From: a virus
Length of the DNA: 64,000 nucleotides
Reading direction: 5' to 3' (one strand)
IMG/VR virus record: IMGVR_UViG_3300032242_002636
Coordinates: 1 to 64,000 of that record
Below, piece by piece: positions 17,898-27,772 of the stretch. Under the pieces are notes generated by a model that was not told the origin of the DNA, made no database searches, and worked only from the letters and a program-made list of their open reading frames with translations. Made by a program: the position numbers and the translations under genes. Numbering within the stretch: position 1 is the first letter of the stretch; every line of letters begins with the position of its first letter.

Positions 17898-17924
17898 AAA
17901 ATTGTACTTCTATTTACAACAATT

Positions 17925-18332
17925 TTATGATTTTCTTTGACGTTTGACAACTCTTTTATTTTTATTTTTTTTGTATTTTCGTTTTCTCTTCTCCATCAAA
18001 CTTTTATATAATTCTGCTTTATATAGTTTATTTGAAAGATCTCTCAAAAAGCGTGTTGTATCTAATAAAGATATGTTATTTATGAGACGAGATTCGGTGT
18101 ATATTACTTTGGTTTCACTCCAAGAAGGATATAGGTAATGGACACATTCATGATATGCGGTTCTTAAAAAGTCTTTGCGATGATCAAATTCTAAAATTTC
18201 CATCTCATAATCACAAATTCCATGACAGGCTCTCATTTTCCTAAAAAGGAAGAATTCAGGCGGTTTTCTCTTTACCAACCTTAAGCACTGGTTATAAATG
18301 GATGCTAGATCCCTTTTAGATAGTTTTTCCAT
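17925..18332 (-). CDS. small zincin-like (HExxH) protein
   Basis: TAYHECVH. Confidence 0.55.
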   Translation of the reverse strand: MEKLSKRDLASIYNQCLRLVKRKPPEFFLFRKMRACHGICDYEMEILEFDHRKDFLRTAYHECVHYLYPSWSETKVIYTESRLINNISLLDTTRFLRDLSNKLYKAELYKSLMEKRKRKYKKNKNKRVVKRQRKS

Positions 18333-18406
18333 AGATACCTAATAATTATAGACAAAAACAATATCATGTAAAGAACTTTTTTCCTTTACTCTGACAAAAA
18401 TATTTC

Positions 18407-18434
18407 TTGCATATAGAGTTGTTTTAGGTATACT
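18407..18434 (+). promoter_or_regulatory. sigma70 promoter, leaderless
   Basis: TTGCAT-16-TATACT; ATG at 18441. Confidence 0.65.
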
Positions 18435-18440
18435 AATAGG

Positions 18441-19673
18441 ATGTTCTTGCAGAAAAAAGATAAAATACAATCACTGAGGATTTCTGGAAATGAAGATCCT
18501 TTTTATAATGTCATTAATGACAACGAGTTCCCTATAAGGAGATATATCGAAAAAAAATATGGAACTTCTATAGGATTGTTCTATACAGATGATGAATATA
18601 CAGGTGATATATTCAAGTTTTTGATGGATAATTCCAAGCTTCTTTCATATACCTCTGTAGGAAAGCTTTCCTTGGTTATAAAGGATACTTATAGAGGAAT
18701 GAGAGGCGGTACATTTTGGTTTTACTATAAAAACGTATATATTCGCATTTCTTTAAAAGACCAACCAGATGATGTAGAGACGGCATTTGCAAATTCCAGT
18801 TTATCAATTCCTCCGGGTTCCTTAAATGTTTTTACCGAAAGTGAAGAAGAAAAGGAATATAATCCTGATAATAAAATATTTACATTAACCTTTGCAGCAC
18901 CAGTTACAGTTGATAAATTTCCTATTGAAGATTTTGAGAAATTTATTCTTCAGAAAACCAAAGGAAGAGTTCATATCTTTATTAAGAATCAATACGGAGA
19001 ATATGACTTTGAACCTATCAAGTTAGATACAATAAAAGATATGGATCTTGTTTTAAATTATGGTGAAAAGTTCACAGGGATTAATGATATTGTAACTACC
19101 AGATTAAAAGAAAAACCTAGTGGTCTTTATATGTTTCATGGATCACCCGGCACAGGTAAAACTACATATATTAAATATCTAGCAAATATAGTTGATAGAG
19201 ACTTTATTTATGTCCCTACTAACATGCTTGAATATTTTACAACAGATCCTAATAGTCTTTCTATTCTTTTACGCAAACCCAATTCGGTTCTTGTTCTAGA
19301 AGATGCTGAAAAGGCTATTATGAAGCGTGAAGACGGTGGAAGCAATTCTTCTGTATCTTCTCTTCTCAATCTTTCTGATGGTATCATGAGTGATATCATG
19401 AAGACTGCAATTATTCTTACATATAATTGTGCTAAACAAGATATTGATGAGGCTCTTCGTCGTAAGGGAAGACTTCAGATTGACTATGAATTCACTCCTC
19501 TTACTAAGAAGGATGCTATTAGACTTGCAGAAACCTTAAACTATCCAAAAAATTTCATTAAAGAAGAGATTAAAGATTCTATGTCTCTCGCAGACATTTA
19601 CAATCTTCAGACTAAGATTGAATTCCAAGAAAAGAAAGAGAAACATGATCGTGTTGTAGGATTTGGAAAATGA
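18441..19673 (+). CDS. AAA+ ATPase (BCS1-like)
   Basis: GSPGTGKT, LVLEDAE, LLNLSDG, ALRRKGRL, C-terminal VGFG. Confidence 0.85.
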   Translation: MFLQKKDKIQSLRISGNEDPFYNVINDNEFPIRRYIEKKYGTSIGLFYTDDEYTGDIFKFLMDNSKLLSYTSVGKLSLVIKDTYRGMRGGTFWFYYKNVYIRISLKDQPDDVETAFANSSLSIPPGSLNVFTESEEEKEYNPDNKIFTLTFAAPVTVDKFPIEDFEKFILQKTKGRVHIFIKNQYGEYDFEPIKLDTIKDMDLVLNYGEKFTGINDIVTTRLKEKPSGLYMFHGSPGTGKTTYIKYLANIVDRDFIYVPTNMLEYFTTDPNSLSILLRKPNSVLVLEDAEKAIMKREDGGSNSSVSSLLNLSDGIMSDIMKTAIILTYNCAKQDIDEALRRKGRLQIDYEFTPLTKKDAIRLAETLNYPKNFIKEEIKDSMSLADIYNLQTKIEFQEKKEKHDRVVGFGK

Positions 19674-20485
19674 TAAATTTTAATCCTCCAAATTTACAAA
19701 CTCTTATAGAGTTATATGATTCGTTTTCTTCTGTTAGATTTTTTGATAAAGATCATAATTATGAAATTGATGGAGAGAAAGCTATAACTTCTGTTTCTGG
19801 TCTTATAGGAAGATATGAGAAGCCTTTTGATACACAAAAGATAGCGGAGCGTGTTGCCAATAAACAAGGAGTTTCTGTTAAACAAATCATTGAACAATGG
19901 GAATATAACAAAAATTATTCATGTCACAAAGGTTCTGAATTCCACCTTTATGTTGAGAATTTCTTGGAAAGAAGATTTGCTCCTTTGGATAGACAGGCAA
20001 TTATAAATTTTATTAGTGGTAGTGCAGGATATCATAAAGAAGATTTAGAAAAATATTACCAAGAAATGGCTTTGTTTATCAGGAACTTTAAGAATTTCTA
20101 TGATTGGTGGAAACAAGATCATATCCTTATTAAATCTGAGTTTGTAGTTGGTGATAAAAGATCAAAGGTTTGTGGAACTATTGATAACCTTTCCTTCAAT
20201 AAAAAAACCAATGAATTTGCTATCTTTGATTACAAAACAAATAAGAAAATTAATAGGAAAAATGATTATGGAGAAACTTTATTAGATCCGTATGATTACA
20301 TTCCTAAATGCGAATTGTCAAAGTATAGTCTACAGCTTTGGCTTTACAAATTAATCATCGAAAGAAATTCACCATTTCAAGTAGGAGAGTTGGGGATAGT
20401 TTGGGTAGCTGGTGAAGATGATTATGAACTGATTAAACCAGTTGATTATAGAAAAGAAGCTGCACAAATGCTAGAAAGCGTCTGA
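19670..20485 (+). CDS. PD-(D/E)XK exonuclease
   Basis: SVS, GSEFH..E, CGTID, DYKT, YSLQL.LY. Confidence 0.85.
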   Translation: MINFNPPNLQTLIELYDSFSSVRFFDKDHNYEIDGEKAITSVSGLIGRYEKPFDTQKIAERVANKQGVSVKQIIEQWEYNKNYSCHKGSEFHLYVENFLERRFAPLDRQAIINFISGSAGYHKEDLEKYYQEMALFIRNFKNFYDWWKQDHILIKSEFVVGDKRSKVCGTIDNLSFNKKTNEFAIFDYKTNKKINRKNDYGETLLDPYDYIPKCELSKYSLQLWLYKLIIERNSPFQVGELGIVWVAGEDDYELIKPVDYRKEAAQMLESV

Positions 20486-20510
20486 TTGATTTGTAAGTAG
20501 GTCTACATAT

Positions 20511-20711
20511 ATGAATAAACAAGACCTAGTATTATTAGAAAGCCTTTATGAAAAGGTTGTAGAAGAAGCCAAGAAAAAGATAAATCCTTGGGCTGTTTGT
20601 GGTAAGATCGAAAACAAACCTAAAAAGGAAAGATGTGTAAAAGATGTAAAAAAGAGTGCAAAGAAATACGGCAAAAAGATTACATCTAAAGCAGTAAAGA
20701 AAAAGAAATAA
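20511..20711 (+). CDS. small basic late protein with KD-type leader
   Basis: MNKQDLVLLESLYEKVVEE; NPWAVC...KERCV. Confidence 0.7.
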   Translation: MNKQDLVLLESLYEKVVEEAKKKINPWAVCGKIENKPKKERCVKDVKKSAKKYGKKITSKAVKKKK

Positions 20712-20761
20712 ATAAAATTTATTGAATTGTATTCAAACGAAGGTAAATAATATTACAACAT

Positions 20762-21586
20762 ATGTCATTCATTCAATCATACCTCTCAGTATTAAACGAA
20801 GATACCACAAAGAAGAACTCCAGCGTTGCAGTTGACAATACCGGAGAGCTTGAAGGTGCAGAAAAGGCAAAATCCCTCTCAAAGGATTCTGGTCCTGAGT
20901 CTGTCAAGGAAGTCGAAAAGCCTGTTAAGGGACCACATTCCGAACAGGATGCCGATGCTCTTCCAAAGGCAGTAAGCAGTGAGTCAAAGAATCCATTTGA
21001 TCTTCTCTACAATAAAATCCTTGCACAAGAAGCTTTCGGTGACGAAGCTGGTGACTCATTTGACTTCGAAGGTAAGATCGAAGATCACGGTGATGACACA
21101 GGACTTGATCTTGAAATGGGTGATAAAGAAGAGTCTGAAGAAGGCGAAGAGGAAGGCGAAGAGCACAGTCTTCAATCTGTATTAGATCATCTTAAATCCG
21201 CTGTTGAAGCTTTAGAAGCACTTGCAGCACACGAAGAATCCGAAGAAGAATCTGAAGAGTCTGAGGAAGGCGAAGAAGAAGGTTCTGAGGATGAGTCTGA
21301 GGAAGAAGAAGCTGAAGAAATTCCTTTTGCAAATGAAGCTGTAGAAGCTGAAATAGAGGGACACGCTTTAGTTGATCAAGAAAAGCTAGAAAAGGGTCTT
21401 ACAAAGGCTTCTAGCCACACAGTAAAAGGTGCAGTTCCTGTAACCAAGAAGAAAGCTGAAGTTGTTAAGGGTAAGAAGGTTGACGGCAAGCCAGAAGAAC
21501 TTCACGCTGATTGTGAGTCTCTTACAGGTAAAAGTAAGCAGAATGTTGGTGGAGTAACTGCTGGTAAAGGTCTTTTTGATCAGTAA
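20762..21586 (+). CDS. acidic late protein, putative prohead core/scaffold-like protein
   Basis: very Glu-rich; own late promoter and terminator; YLSVLNE leader. Confidence 0.55.
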   Translation: MSFIQSYLSVLNEDTTKKNSSVAVDNTGELEGAEKAKSLSKDSGPESVKEVEKPVKGPHSEQDADALPKAVSSESKNPFDLLYNKILAQEAFGDEAGDSFDFEGKIEDHGDDTGLDLEMGDKEESEEGEEEGEEHSLQSVLDHLKSAVEALEALAAHEESEEESEESEEGEEEGSEDESEEEEAEEIPFANEAVEAEIEGHALVDQEKLEKGLTKASSHTVKGAVPVTKKKAEVVKGKKVDGKPEELHADCESLTGKSKQNVGGVTAGKGLFDQ

Positions 21587-21610
21587 TAATAGTATAAAAT
21601 AATAATAACG

Positions 21611-21645
21611 AAAAAAATTCCGTCCTTGTGACGGAATTTTTTTTT
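21611..21645 (+). terminator. Rho-independent terminator (bidirectional type)
   Basis: AAAAAAATTCCGTC-CTTGT-GACGGAATTTTTTTTT. Confidence 0.9.
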
Positions 21646-21663
21646 GTAAGTAAGTATATAAAC

Positions 21664-22014
21664 ATGGAAAATTTTTCAAAATTCTTTAGTGCTTCTAAGG
21701 AAAGGTTTACTCCTAATACAAGAAAGCATCATCAAAATCCTATTCGTTCTACTAATAGGAAACATCAAAATCAGGTTGCTAGGTTTTATGGATCTGCTGG
21801 TAAAAAGGATGATCCTGTTATTGATAATATTGTTAAGAACAATAAAAAAGGAAAATGGAACATCAATGCTCCTTCTGCACATAGAATTCTAAAGACATAT
21901 AGAATAAATCATATTCCTGATAAATCATACACTAAGGCTATTAATAAAACAGGCATCAATATAAATTATGATGCCAATACTAAGCTTTTTACTTTAAGTA
22001 GGTTAACGAACTAA
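21664..22014 (+). CDS. basic hypothetical late protein
   Basis: start reassigned to ATG 21664 after TAAGTA. Confidence 0.6.
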   Translation: MENFSKFFSASKERFTPNTRKHHQNPIRSTNRKHQNQVARFYGSAGKKDDPVIDNIVKNNKKGKWNINAPSAHRILKTYRINHIPDKSYTKAINKTGININYDANTKLFTLSRLTN

Positions 22015-22021
22015 GAGTAAT

Positions 22022-22678
22022 ATGGAGACCTTAAGATATCTTAATAAACAAGAAAACCAATCACAAAGAAAACTTTTTTCTGATTGGTGGAAAGAGCAAA
22101 TTGAAATCAACGGTCAAGAAATTCTCTATTATACAAATACCACAACATTATCTTCTTCTAATTTTCTTTATGGTGAAGATCCTATAGCAGGATTTGGTGC
22201 TGGTAATAAAATGATAGTTTTGTTAAATCTTAACAATGATGCTTTGCTTCTTTCTAAATTTGGAATTTTAGCAGATAGTGATATGTCAGGTGTTATTCAT
22301 CCTAATCATTTTACAATGATTTATGGATTGTCTTCTGAACCTAAATCAGGAGATGTAATGACACTTTCTGAATATGGAGCCGATAGATTAAATTATCCAA
22401 AAAGAGGTCCAACTGTTTATCAACTAACAGAAGTAATTGATGAATTTCAAGGCAATCCTCTAGGAGGTCATTATGTATGGTTCTTTAAGGCTAAGAGATT
22501 TGACTATAGCTTTGAGACAGGAACCTCAACAGATAACTTTGGAACAGTTGCACCAAATGCAGGTGCAGGAAATAATCAACTTGATGATAATGACAAAGCC
22601 AATGAAGCTGGTCTTAATAATTTCGATTATATAAGTGATAATCCTTGTGATAATACTTCTGTTTACGGAAATTATTGA
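22022..22678 (+). CDS. neck/head-closure protein (T4 gp14-like)
   Basis: EQI...G..I.YY...LYGED, LLSKFG, PKSGD, F.YS.E pattern. Confidence 0.7.
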   Translation: METLRYLNKQENQSQRKLFSDWWKEQIEINGQEILYYTNTTTLSSSNFLYGEDPIAGFGAGNKMIVLLNLNNDALLLSKFGILADSDMSGVIHPNHFTMIYGLSSEPKSGDVMTLSEYGADRLNYPKRGPTVYQLTEVIDEFQGNPLGGHYVWFFKAKRFDYSFETGTSTDNFGTVAPNAGAGNNQLDDNDKANEAGLNNFDYISDNPCDNTSVYGNY

Positions 22679-22974
22679 ATAATATCAATCTCTAAATTGG
22701 AATTTGGCTCTTCCTCGGAGTAACAAATTTCAATATTATAGTCTTCCTGAAGAATCTTTTTTAGAATAATATCTTGAGTTGCTGTAATATAATCACGAAT
22801 AGGTTTTGGTTTATAAACAATATCATTAGGAGCAATTCCTCTTTGTTCTGCTTTTTCTGCTACGATATTAACTGCTTCATATAATGCTATCCATTTAGCT
22901 AACATTGATGCTTCATTATTAGTTTTCTCCCACCAAGAAAGTGTCTGTTGAGGTTTGTTTTTTGTTATTTTCAT
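22672..22974 (-). CDS. hypothetical protein
   Basis: 100-aa ORF. Confidence 0.55.
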   Translation of the reverse strand: MKITKNKPQQTLSWWEKTNNEASMLAKWIALYEAVNIVAEKAEQRGIAPNDIVYKPKPIRDYITATQDIILKKILQEDYNIEICYSEEEPNSNLEIDIIQ

Positions 22975-22979
22975 TTTTT

Positions 22980-23420
22980 TTATTCCTTAGAAACTGGAAT
23001 TGTTGGAACACTAGGATCAGGGATCGTAGGAGTTAATGTAAGAGGTTCTGTAACTCTGGCTACTGTGAAATTGATATTTACATAGTTTTTCTTTTCACAA
23101 CTTTCACATATAAACTCAACTCTTTCATTCTCATCTGGAATAAAGGTCATAACATTATGTTTTTTACAGTATGCACATTCAAGAATAGTTGATAACTGCT
23201 CAAGTTTATCAAGCTCCTTTTGTCGTGTAATCTGATTAAAATAATTATTTATGATACTACCAATAAATCCAAATAGAATATATTGAATACTAAATGCAAG
23301 AACGAAACCAGCAATATAATTTCCATTTAGCATCCATATGGATAAGGAAATAAGTGCTGATGTGATCAACACTGTAATTGTAGATCGAATGAATAATACT
23401 GTTTCTTTTGTAACTTTCAT
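22980..23420 (-). CDS. membrane protein with C-terminal Zn ribbon
   Basis: two TM helices, CAYC...CESC; ATG 23420 lies 6 nt after TTTACA..CATACT promoter. Confidence 0.6.
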   Translation of the reverse strand: MKVTKETVLFIRSTITVLITSALISLSIWMLNGNYIAGFVLAFSIQYILFGFIGSIINNYFNQITRQKELDKLEQLSTILECAYCKKHNVMTFIPDENERVEFICESCEKKNYVNINFTVARVTEPLTLTPTIPDPSVPTIPVSKE

Positions 23421-23462
23421 GCCTATAGTATGCATGAAATAACTAATAATGTAAAGAACTTT

Positions 23463-23915
23463 TTAATATTTTTCGCCTGTTATAGGGGATTGGGGAGGCA
23501 ATTCTTCTGCTAAATTAGCTACTGTTATTATATTTGCTCCTATAACTTCTATACGTTTTAGAGATTCATTTGCAATATTCATGAGTGATTTTACAGCACT
23601 TTTTTGTTTTTCATTCAATGAAGGATTTTCCTTTATACATCTTTCCATCTTCTTAACAGCTGCTAAAAGATATACAAAACTGTCTGATAAATCATCAGTA
23701 ACAGTATTTAAGGGCCAAGGAATAGATGGTGTATTTTGAGGATCTGGAGCAGTAGGAGGAAATACTGGAGGTGATCCAGCCTGATATGGGAAGGTATAAC
23801 CAGCACTACTTGAATAGGGCTGATAATCTTTACGAGGCATTTCACTTGTGCCACCGTATTGACGGTTATTCCACAAGCCATCTAAAGATTCTTCTAATAC
23901 CTTATTGAGATCCAT
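23463..23915 (-). CDS. hypothetical protein
   Basis: 150-aa Pro-rich ORF. Confidence 0.6.
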   Translation of the reverse strand: MDLNKVLEESLDGLWNNRQYGGTSEMPRKDYQPYSSSAGYTFPYQAGSPPVFPPTAPDPQNTPSIPWPLNTVTDDLSDSFVYLLAAVKKMERCIKENPSLNEKQKSAVKSLMNIANESLKRIEVIGANIITVANLAEELPPQSPITGEKY

Positions 23916-23916
23916 A

Positions 23917-24099
23917 TTAACCTACTTTTCCCATCTTTACTAGATTACCACATCTTGCACAAACCCATCTACAAATGTTTTCTACGACTTTTGTATGAGG
24001 ATTCTGAACTGGAGTTACATTGCCCTGTACTTGAGCACCACAGAAGGAACATCCAACTGGTTTGTTTGTAACTGTATTATATGAAGGATTATTATTCAT
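23917..24099 (-). CDS. small Zn-ribbon protein
   Basis: CSFC...CARC; TAAATA upstream. Confidence 0.6.
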   Translation of the reverse strand: MNNNPSYNTVTNKPVGCSFCGAQVQGNVTPVQNPHTKVVENICRWVCARCGNLVKMGKVG

Positions 24100-24107
24100 A
24101 TTTCTAT

Positions 24108-24956
24108 TTACTTAGAATCTGTTGGTTTCCAAGTATTTTCATATGCCTTGGTTTGTTCGGTTGTCTGTAATTCCTTGAATTTATGGGTAATAAATTTACA
24201 AAGTTCAGAACGAACAATATCATCTTCGGTCAATTCCATGCAGAAAATACCATGTTCTTTTGCCTCATCATTATTGAAAAGGTTATACACTTTATCAAAA
24301 CCTGATTTACCAGCAGGTAAATCACTCTGCTCTGGATCACCACAGAGGAATACCTTTGAAAATTCACCGATACGACTCATAAGAGTATGTATTTCTCTTT
24401 TTGAGAAATTCTGAACCTCATCAGCACATACAAACTTTGCAGAGAAATGAAGACCTCTTGCAAAATTAATTGGACAAATTGTTAAACGATTATCTTTCTC
24501 AAGCCTGTCTAATTGGGCTTTACAGAGAAGTTCTTCGAATTTATCATGGAAAGGTGTCAGATAAACATTAAATTTTTCAGCAACATCACCGGGAAGAAAT
24601 CCAAGTTTTGAATCTGATGATTCAACTGCTGATCTCACAAGAACCATGTCGGATATTCTTCTCATATTAAGAAGAGTCAACCCACAATACATCGCAAGAG
24701 TTGTTTTGGATGTACCAGCCGGACCTTTAAGAAATAATACCTTTGTTTTCTTATCTAAGAAAGTAGCAATAATTTCTTTTTGCTTATCTGTCCAAGGTAA
24801 ATTTTTGATTGTTAAATCAAAAGATATTTTATCTCTTTGAAAGACATAAGGGGAATTATCTTCTGTCTTGCCAGCTTGAATTACGGTTGGCTCGTGGTTA
24901 ATTCTGCCAGATTGTTTTCTGTCAGACTGTCTCTTGGGACGAGTTTTTTTACTCAT
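24108..24956 (-). CDS. phoH: PhoH-family ATPase
   Basis: GPAGTSKT, LGFLPG, RG, DEVQN, GDPEQSD, DIVRS. Confidence 0.93.
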   Translation of the reverse strand: MSKKTRPKRQSDRKQSGRINHEPTVIQAGKTEDNSPYVFQRDKISFDLTIKNLPWTDKQKEIIATFLDKKTKVLFLKGPAGTSKTTLAMYCGLTLLNMRRISDMVLVRSAVESSDSKLGFLPGDVAEKFNVYLTPFHDKFEELLCKAQLDRLEKDNRLTICPINFARGLHFSAKFVCADEVQNFSKREIHTLMSRIGEFSKVFLCGDPEQSDLPAGKSGFDKVYNLFNNDEAKEHGIFCMELTEDDIVRSELCKFITHKFKELQTTEQTKAYENTWKPTDSK

Positions 24957-25024
24957 AGAATTTTACGCTTTAAGAATTTTATCTTAAAACGATTAATGTT
25001 TATTTCTAATATTTACTCTAAACA

Positions 25025-25459
25025 CTAAGCTTGTTTAAGAGGGTTATATTGAGTTGCATTTGGCTGATGTGTTGTCTGTGTACTTGTAGTTGTACCAGAT
25101 TCCCCTTCAGTCTCATCTGCTGTTTTTGTTGTAGAAGTTGTGGGCTGTTTTGGTTTTAATGTTTCAGCAGCAGAAAGGAAAGCTTCCTTTTCATGATCTT
25201 CTAAATTGGGATTATCAGGATTCATCTTGATTTTATTAAATGCACTATGAAGCGGATTATCCTCAATATCAGCAGGAGAACTGAACAACTGACTTGCTAA
25301 TGCTTTAGCATTTGGATTTGCATTAATAGCTCCACTATTATTAATAGCCTTGTCTATTGTTTGAACTGCTTGTTTTAAGATTGGGTTGTTTGGTGATTGA
25401 ATTCCAGCCTCATTTAATGATTCAAATGCTTTTTCTATTATTTTGGTAAAGTTGTTCAT
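25025..25459 (-). CDS. hypothetical late protein with F-type leader
   Basis: MNNFTKIIEKAFESLNE; start reassigned to 25459. Confidence 0.6.
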   Translation of the reverse strand: MNNFTKIIEKAFESLNEAGIQSPNNPILKQAVQTIDKAINNSGAINANPNAKALASQLFSSPADIEDNPLHSAFNKIKMNPDNPNLEDHEKEAFLSAAETLKPKQPTTSTTKTADETEGESGTTTSTQTTHQPNATQYNPLKQA

Positions 25460-25529
25460 TCTACCTATAATTATATGTGTCATATCAATTTTCTCAATAA
25501 AAAATGAGTAAATGGATATTGGTCAAAGG

Positions 25530-25535
25530 TAAATA
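25530..25535 (+). promoter_or_regulatory. phage late promoter TAA(A/G)TA (representative copy)
   Basis: same hexamer lies 4-13 nt upstream of the start codon of more than 20 genes, including sheath, tube and terminase. Confidence 0.75.
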
Positions 25536-25547
25536 GTATTATAATTT

Positions 25548-27746
25548 ATGGCAACAAGAACAATCACATCTCCCGGTGTACAAATTAATGAAGTAGATCT
25601 CAGTGTAATTGCAAGACCATCTGGCGCAACAAATGTTTTCGTTACAGGTTTTGCTGCACAAGGACCAACTGATGAAATTATCAATGTAGGAAGTATTTCA
25701 GAATACGAAAGTGTTTTTGGAACTCCTACAAATGCAGCAGAAAGATATCTCTATCACTCTGCTCGTCAGGTTCTAACTCAGTCACCAGCTAATCTCTTAG
25801 TAACCAGAATGCCATATGGATCTGGTTCAGGTGAAGGTTTTTCAAATCAGTATAGTGCATTAGTTTATCCTATTTCAAGTGATTCTGCCAAGTATGAGGA
25901 TTCCACAAATTTCCAAGTATTAGAACCTTATTCAGTTCTTTTAACCGATGAACAATATAAGAACATTGTAGAAAACAATGTAGTATGGGCTGATGGATAC
26001 ACAGATGGTACTATCTACATCGCTGATGATATCAAGTATGGTGGTATCGTAGTTCTTGATTCTGCTAAGACTTCAGTAAACAACCTTTATGAGGGATATT
26101 ATGTTGCATTAGCCGACAATTCAAACAACAATCCAGCTTCTGACTTCGATGCAATCCAAGGTGCAAAGGCTGCATATACAATCGATGATGGTACACATCA
26201 ATACTTCACAACTATTCCTGATGCTCGTCTAAACTTCAGCTTAACACAGGCTTACTCAGCAACAGGTACAAGCGTATCACAGACAATCGAACAATTCCCA
26301 AGAGATTATGATTTTGGAACTCCTTTCTACAATGATTGCTTAACCTTAATGGTATTTAAGCTTCGTACTTCTATCTATGCCCAAGACACAGTTGTTCTTG
26401 ATGCAGTAGTAACAGAAGGACACACTGGTTCACTCTACGGTCTCCGTACACAGAACAATAAGAACGGTGGAGCACCTATTTCATTCTTCTTGGATAATGT
26501 TACTAATCAGTCATCTTCAAATATCAAGGTTATAACAAATCCTTATATTTCAAATACTGGAAATTGGTTAACACCAGAAGGTATACCAGCCAAGACAGTA
26601 AGATTGGCTTCAGAAACAAAGAATATGTTCTCACAGGGCGTATATATTTCTGATACAAATACAGTAGCAGGTGATGTTGGTAACGTACCTCTCAAGCTCC
26701 AGAGAATTCTCAGTAACATCGACAATCTTGATTTAGAGCTTGATGTAACAGCAGAAGCTGGTCTAGGAACAATCTGGACAAGTGCCAAGGCAAGATGGTG
26801 TGATCCTAACTATGGAAATAGTAACTACATGGAGCCTAAAATCTTTGATGAGAATTATAACGTAAATATCTCTGTTCTTAAGACTCAGACAAATGATCCA
26901 GTTGGTGGTGTTGCCTCTGACTATCAGGATATTGCTGGACAATTCCTAGCCTTTGCTGATAATACAAGAAAGGATCATGTTTTTATTGCTGATTCTCTCA
27001 GAAATATCTTCGTACAAGGTTCAAACACAAAGGTAGCCAAGAATGCTGGATTCGTATTCTCATCTGATGTATATTGGCCCTTAAAGAACCTTTATGCTGG
27101 TAGTATTTCAAGCTATGCAACAGTATATGGTAACTGGCTCAAGACAAATGATGCAGCTTCTAACAAGCAAGTATGGGTTCCTGCTTCTGGTTGGGTTGCA
27201 GCAACATTTGCTACAGTATCTCAGAATAGCTATCCTTGGATTGCACCAGCAGGTTTCAGTCGTGGAGCACTCACAAACGTAACTGACGTAGGTATTAGTC
27301 CAACTCAGAAACAGCGTGATCTTCTCTACAGAATCAATGTAAACCCAATTGCATTCTTCCCCGGTGATGGTTATGTAATCTTCGGACAGAAGACACTCTA
27401 CACCAAGCCATCAGCATTCGACAGAATCAATGTAAGAAGACTCTTCCTCACATTAGAAAAGACAACAAAGAATGTCTTAAAGTTCTATGTGTTCGAGCCT
27501 AATACATTCACAACAAGAACTCGTTTAGCTAACGCACTCAAGCCAACATTCGATCAGGCTAAGACTTATGAAGGTCTTTATGACTACAAGATCGTATGTG
27601 ACGAGAGAAACAATACACCTGATGTCATAGACAACAATGAGTTAAGAGTTTCAATCTATATTCAACCAGTAAGAACTGCTGAATTTATATTGTGTGACTT
27701 CATCGCAACACGCACTGGAGTTAACTTTAATGAACTGATTGGCTAA
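25548..27746 (+). CDS. tail sheath protein (gp18-like)
   Basis: SPGV.I.E.DLS, PWIAPAGFSRG, FDRINVRRLF, FEPN, CDERNN. Confidence 0.96.
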   Translation: MATRTITSPGVQINEVDLSVIARPSGATNVFVTGFAAQGPTDEIINVGSISEYESVFGTPTNAAERYLYHSARQVLTQSPANLLVTRMPYGSGSGEGFSNQYSALVYPISSDSAKYEDSTNFQVLEPYSVLLTDEQYKNIVENNVVWADGYTDGTIYIADDIKYGGIVVLDSAKTSVNNLYEGYYVALADNSNNNPASDFDAIQGAKAAYTIDDGTHQYFTTIPDARLNFSLTQAYSATGTSVSQTIEQFPRDYDFGTPFYNDCLTLMVFKLRTSIYAQDTVVLDAVVTEGHTGSLYGLRTQNNKNGGAPISFFLDNVTNQSSSNIKVITNPYISNTGNWLTPEGIPAKTVRLASETKNMFSQGVYISDTNTVAGDVGNVPLKLQRILSNIDNLDLELDVTAEAGLGTIWTSAKARWCDPNYGNSNYMEPKIFDENYNVNISVLKTQTNDPVGGVASDYQDIAGQFLAFADNTRKDHVFIADSLRNIFVQGSNTKVAKNAGFVFSSDVYWPLKNLYAGSISSYATVYGNWLKTNDAASNKQVWVPASGWVAATFATVSQNSYPWIAPAGFSRGALTNVTDVGISPTQKQRDLLYRINVNPIAFFPGDGYVIFGQKTLYTKPSAFDRINVRRLFLTLEKTTKNVLKFYVFEPNTFTTRTRLANALKPTFDQAKTYEGLYDYKIVCDERNNTPDVIDNNELRVSIYIQPVRTAEFILCDFIATRTGVNFNELIG

Positions 27747-27772
27747 TACTATAGGATAAATATTTAAAACAT

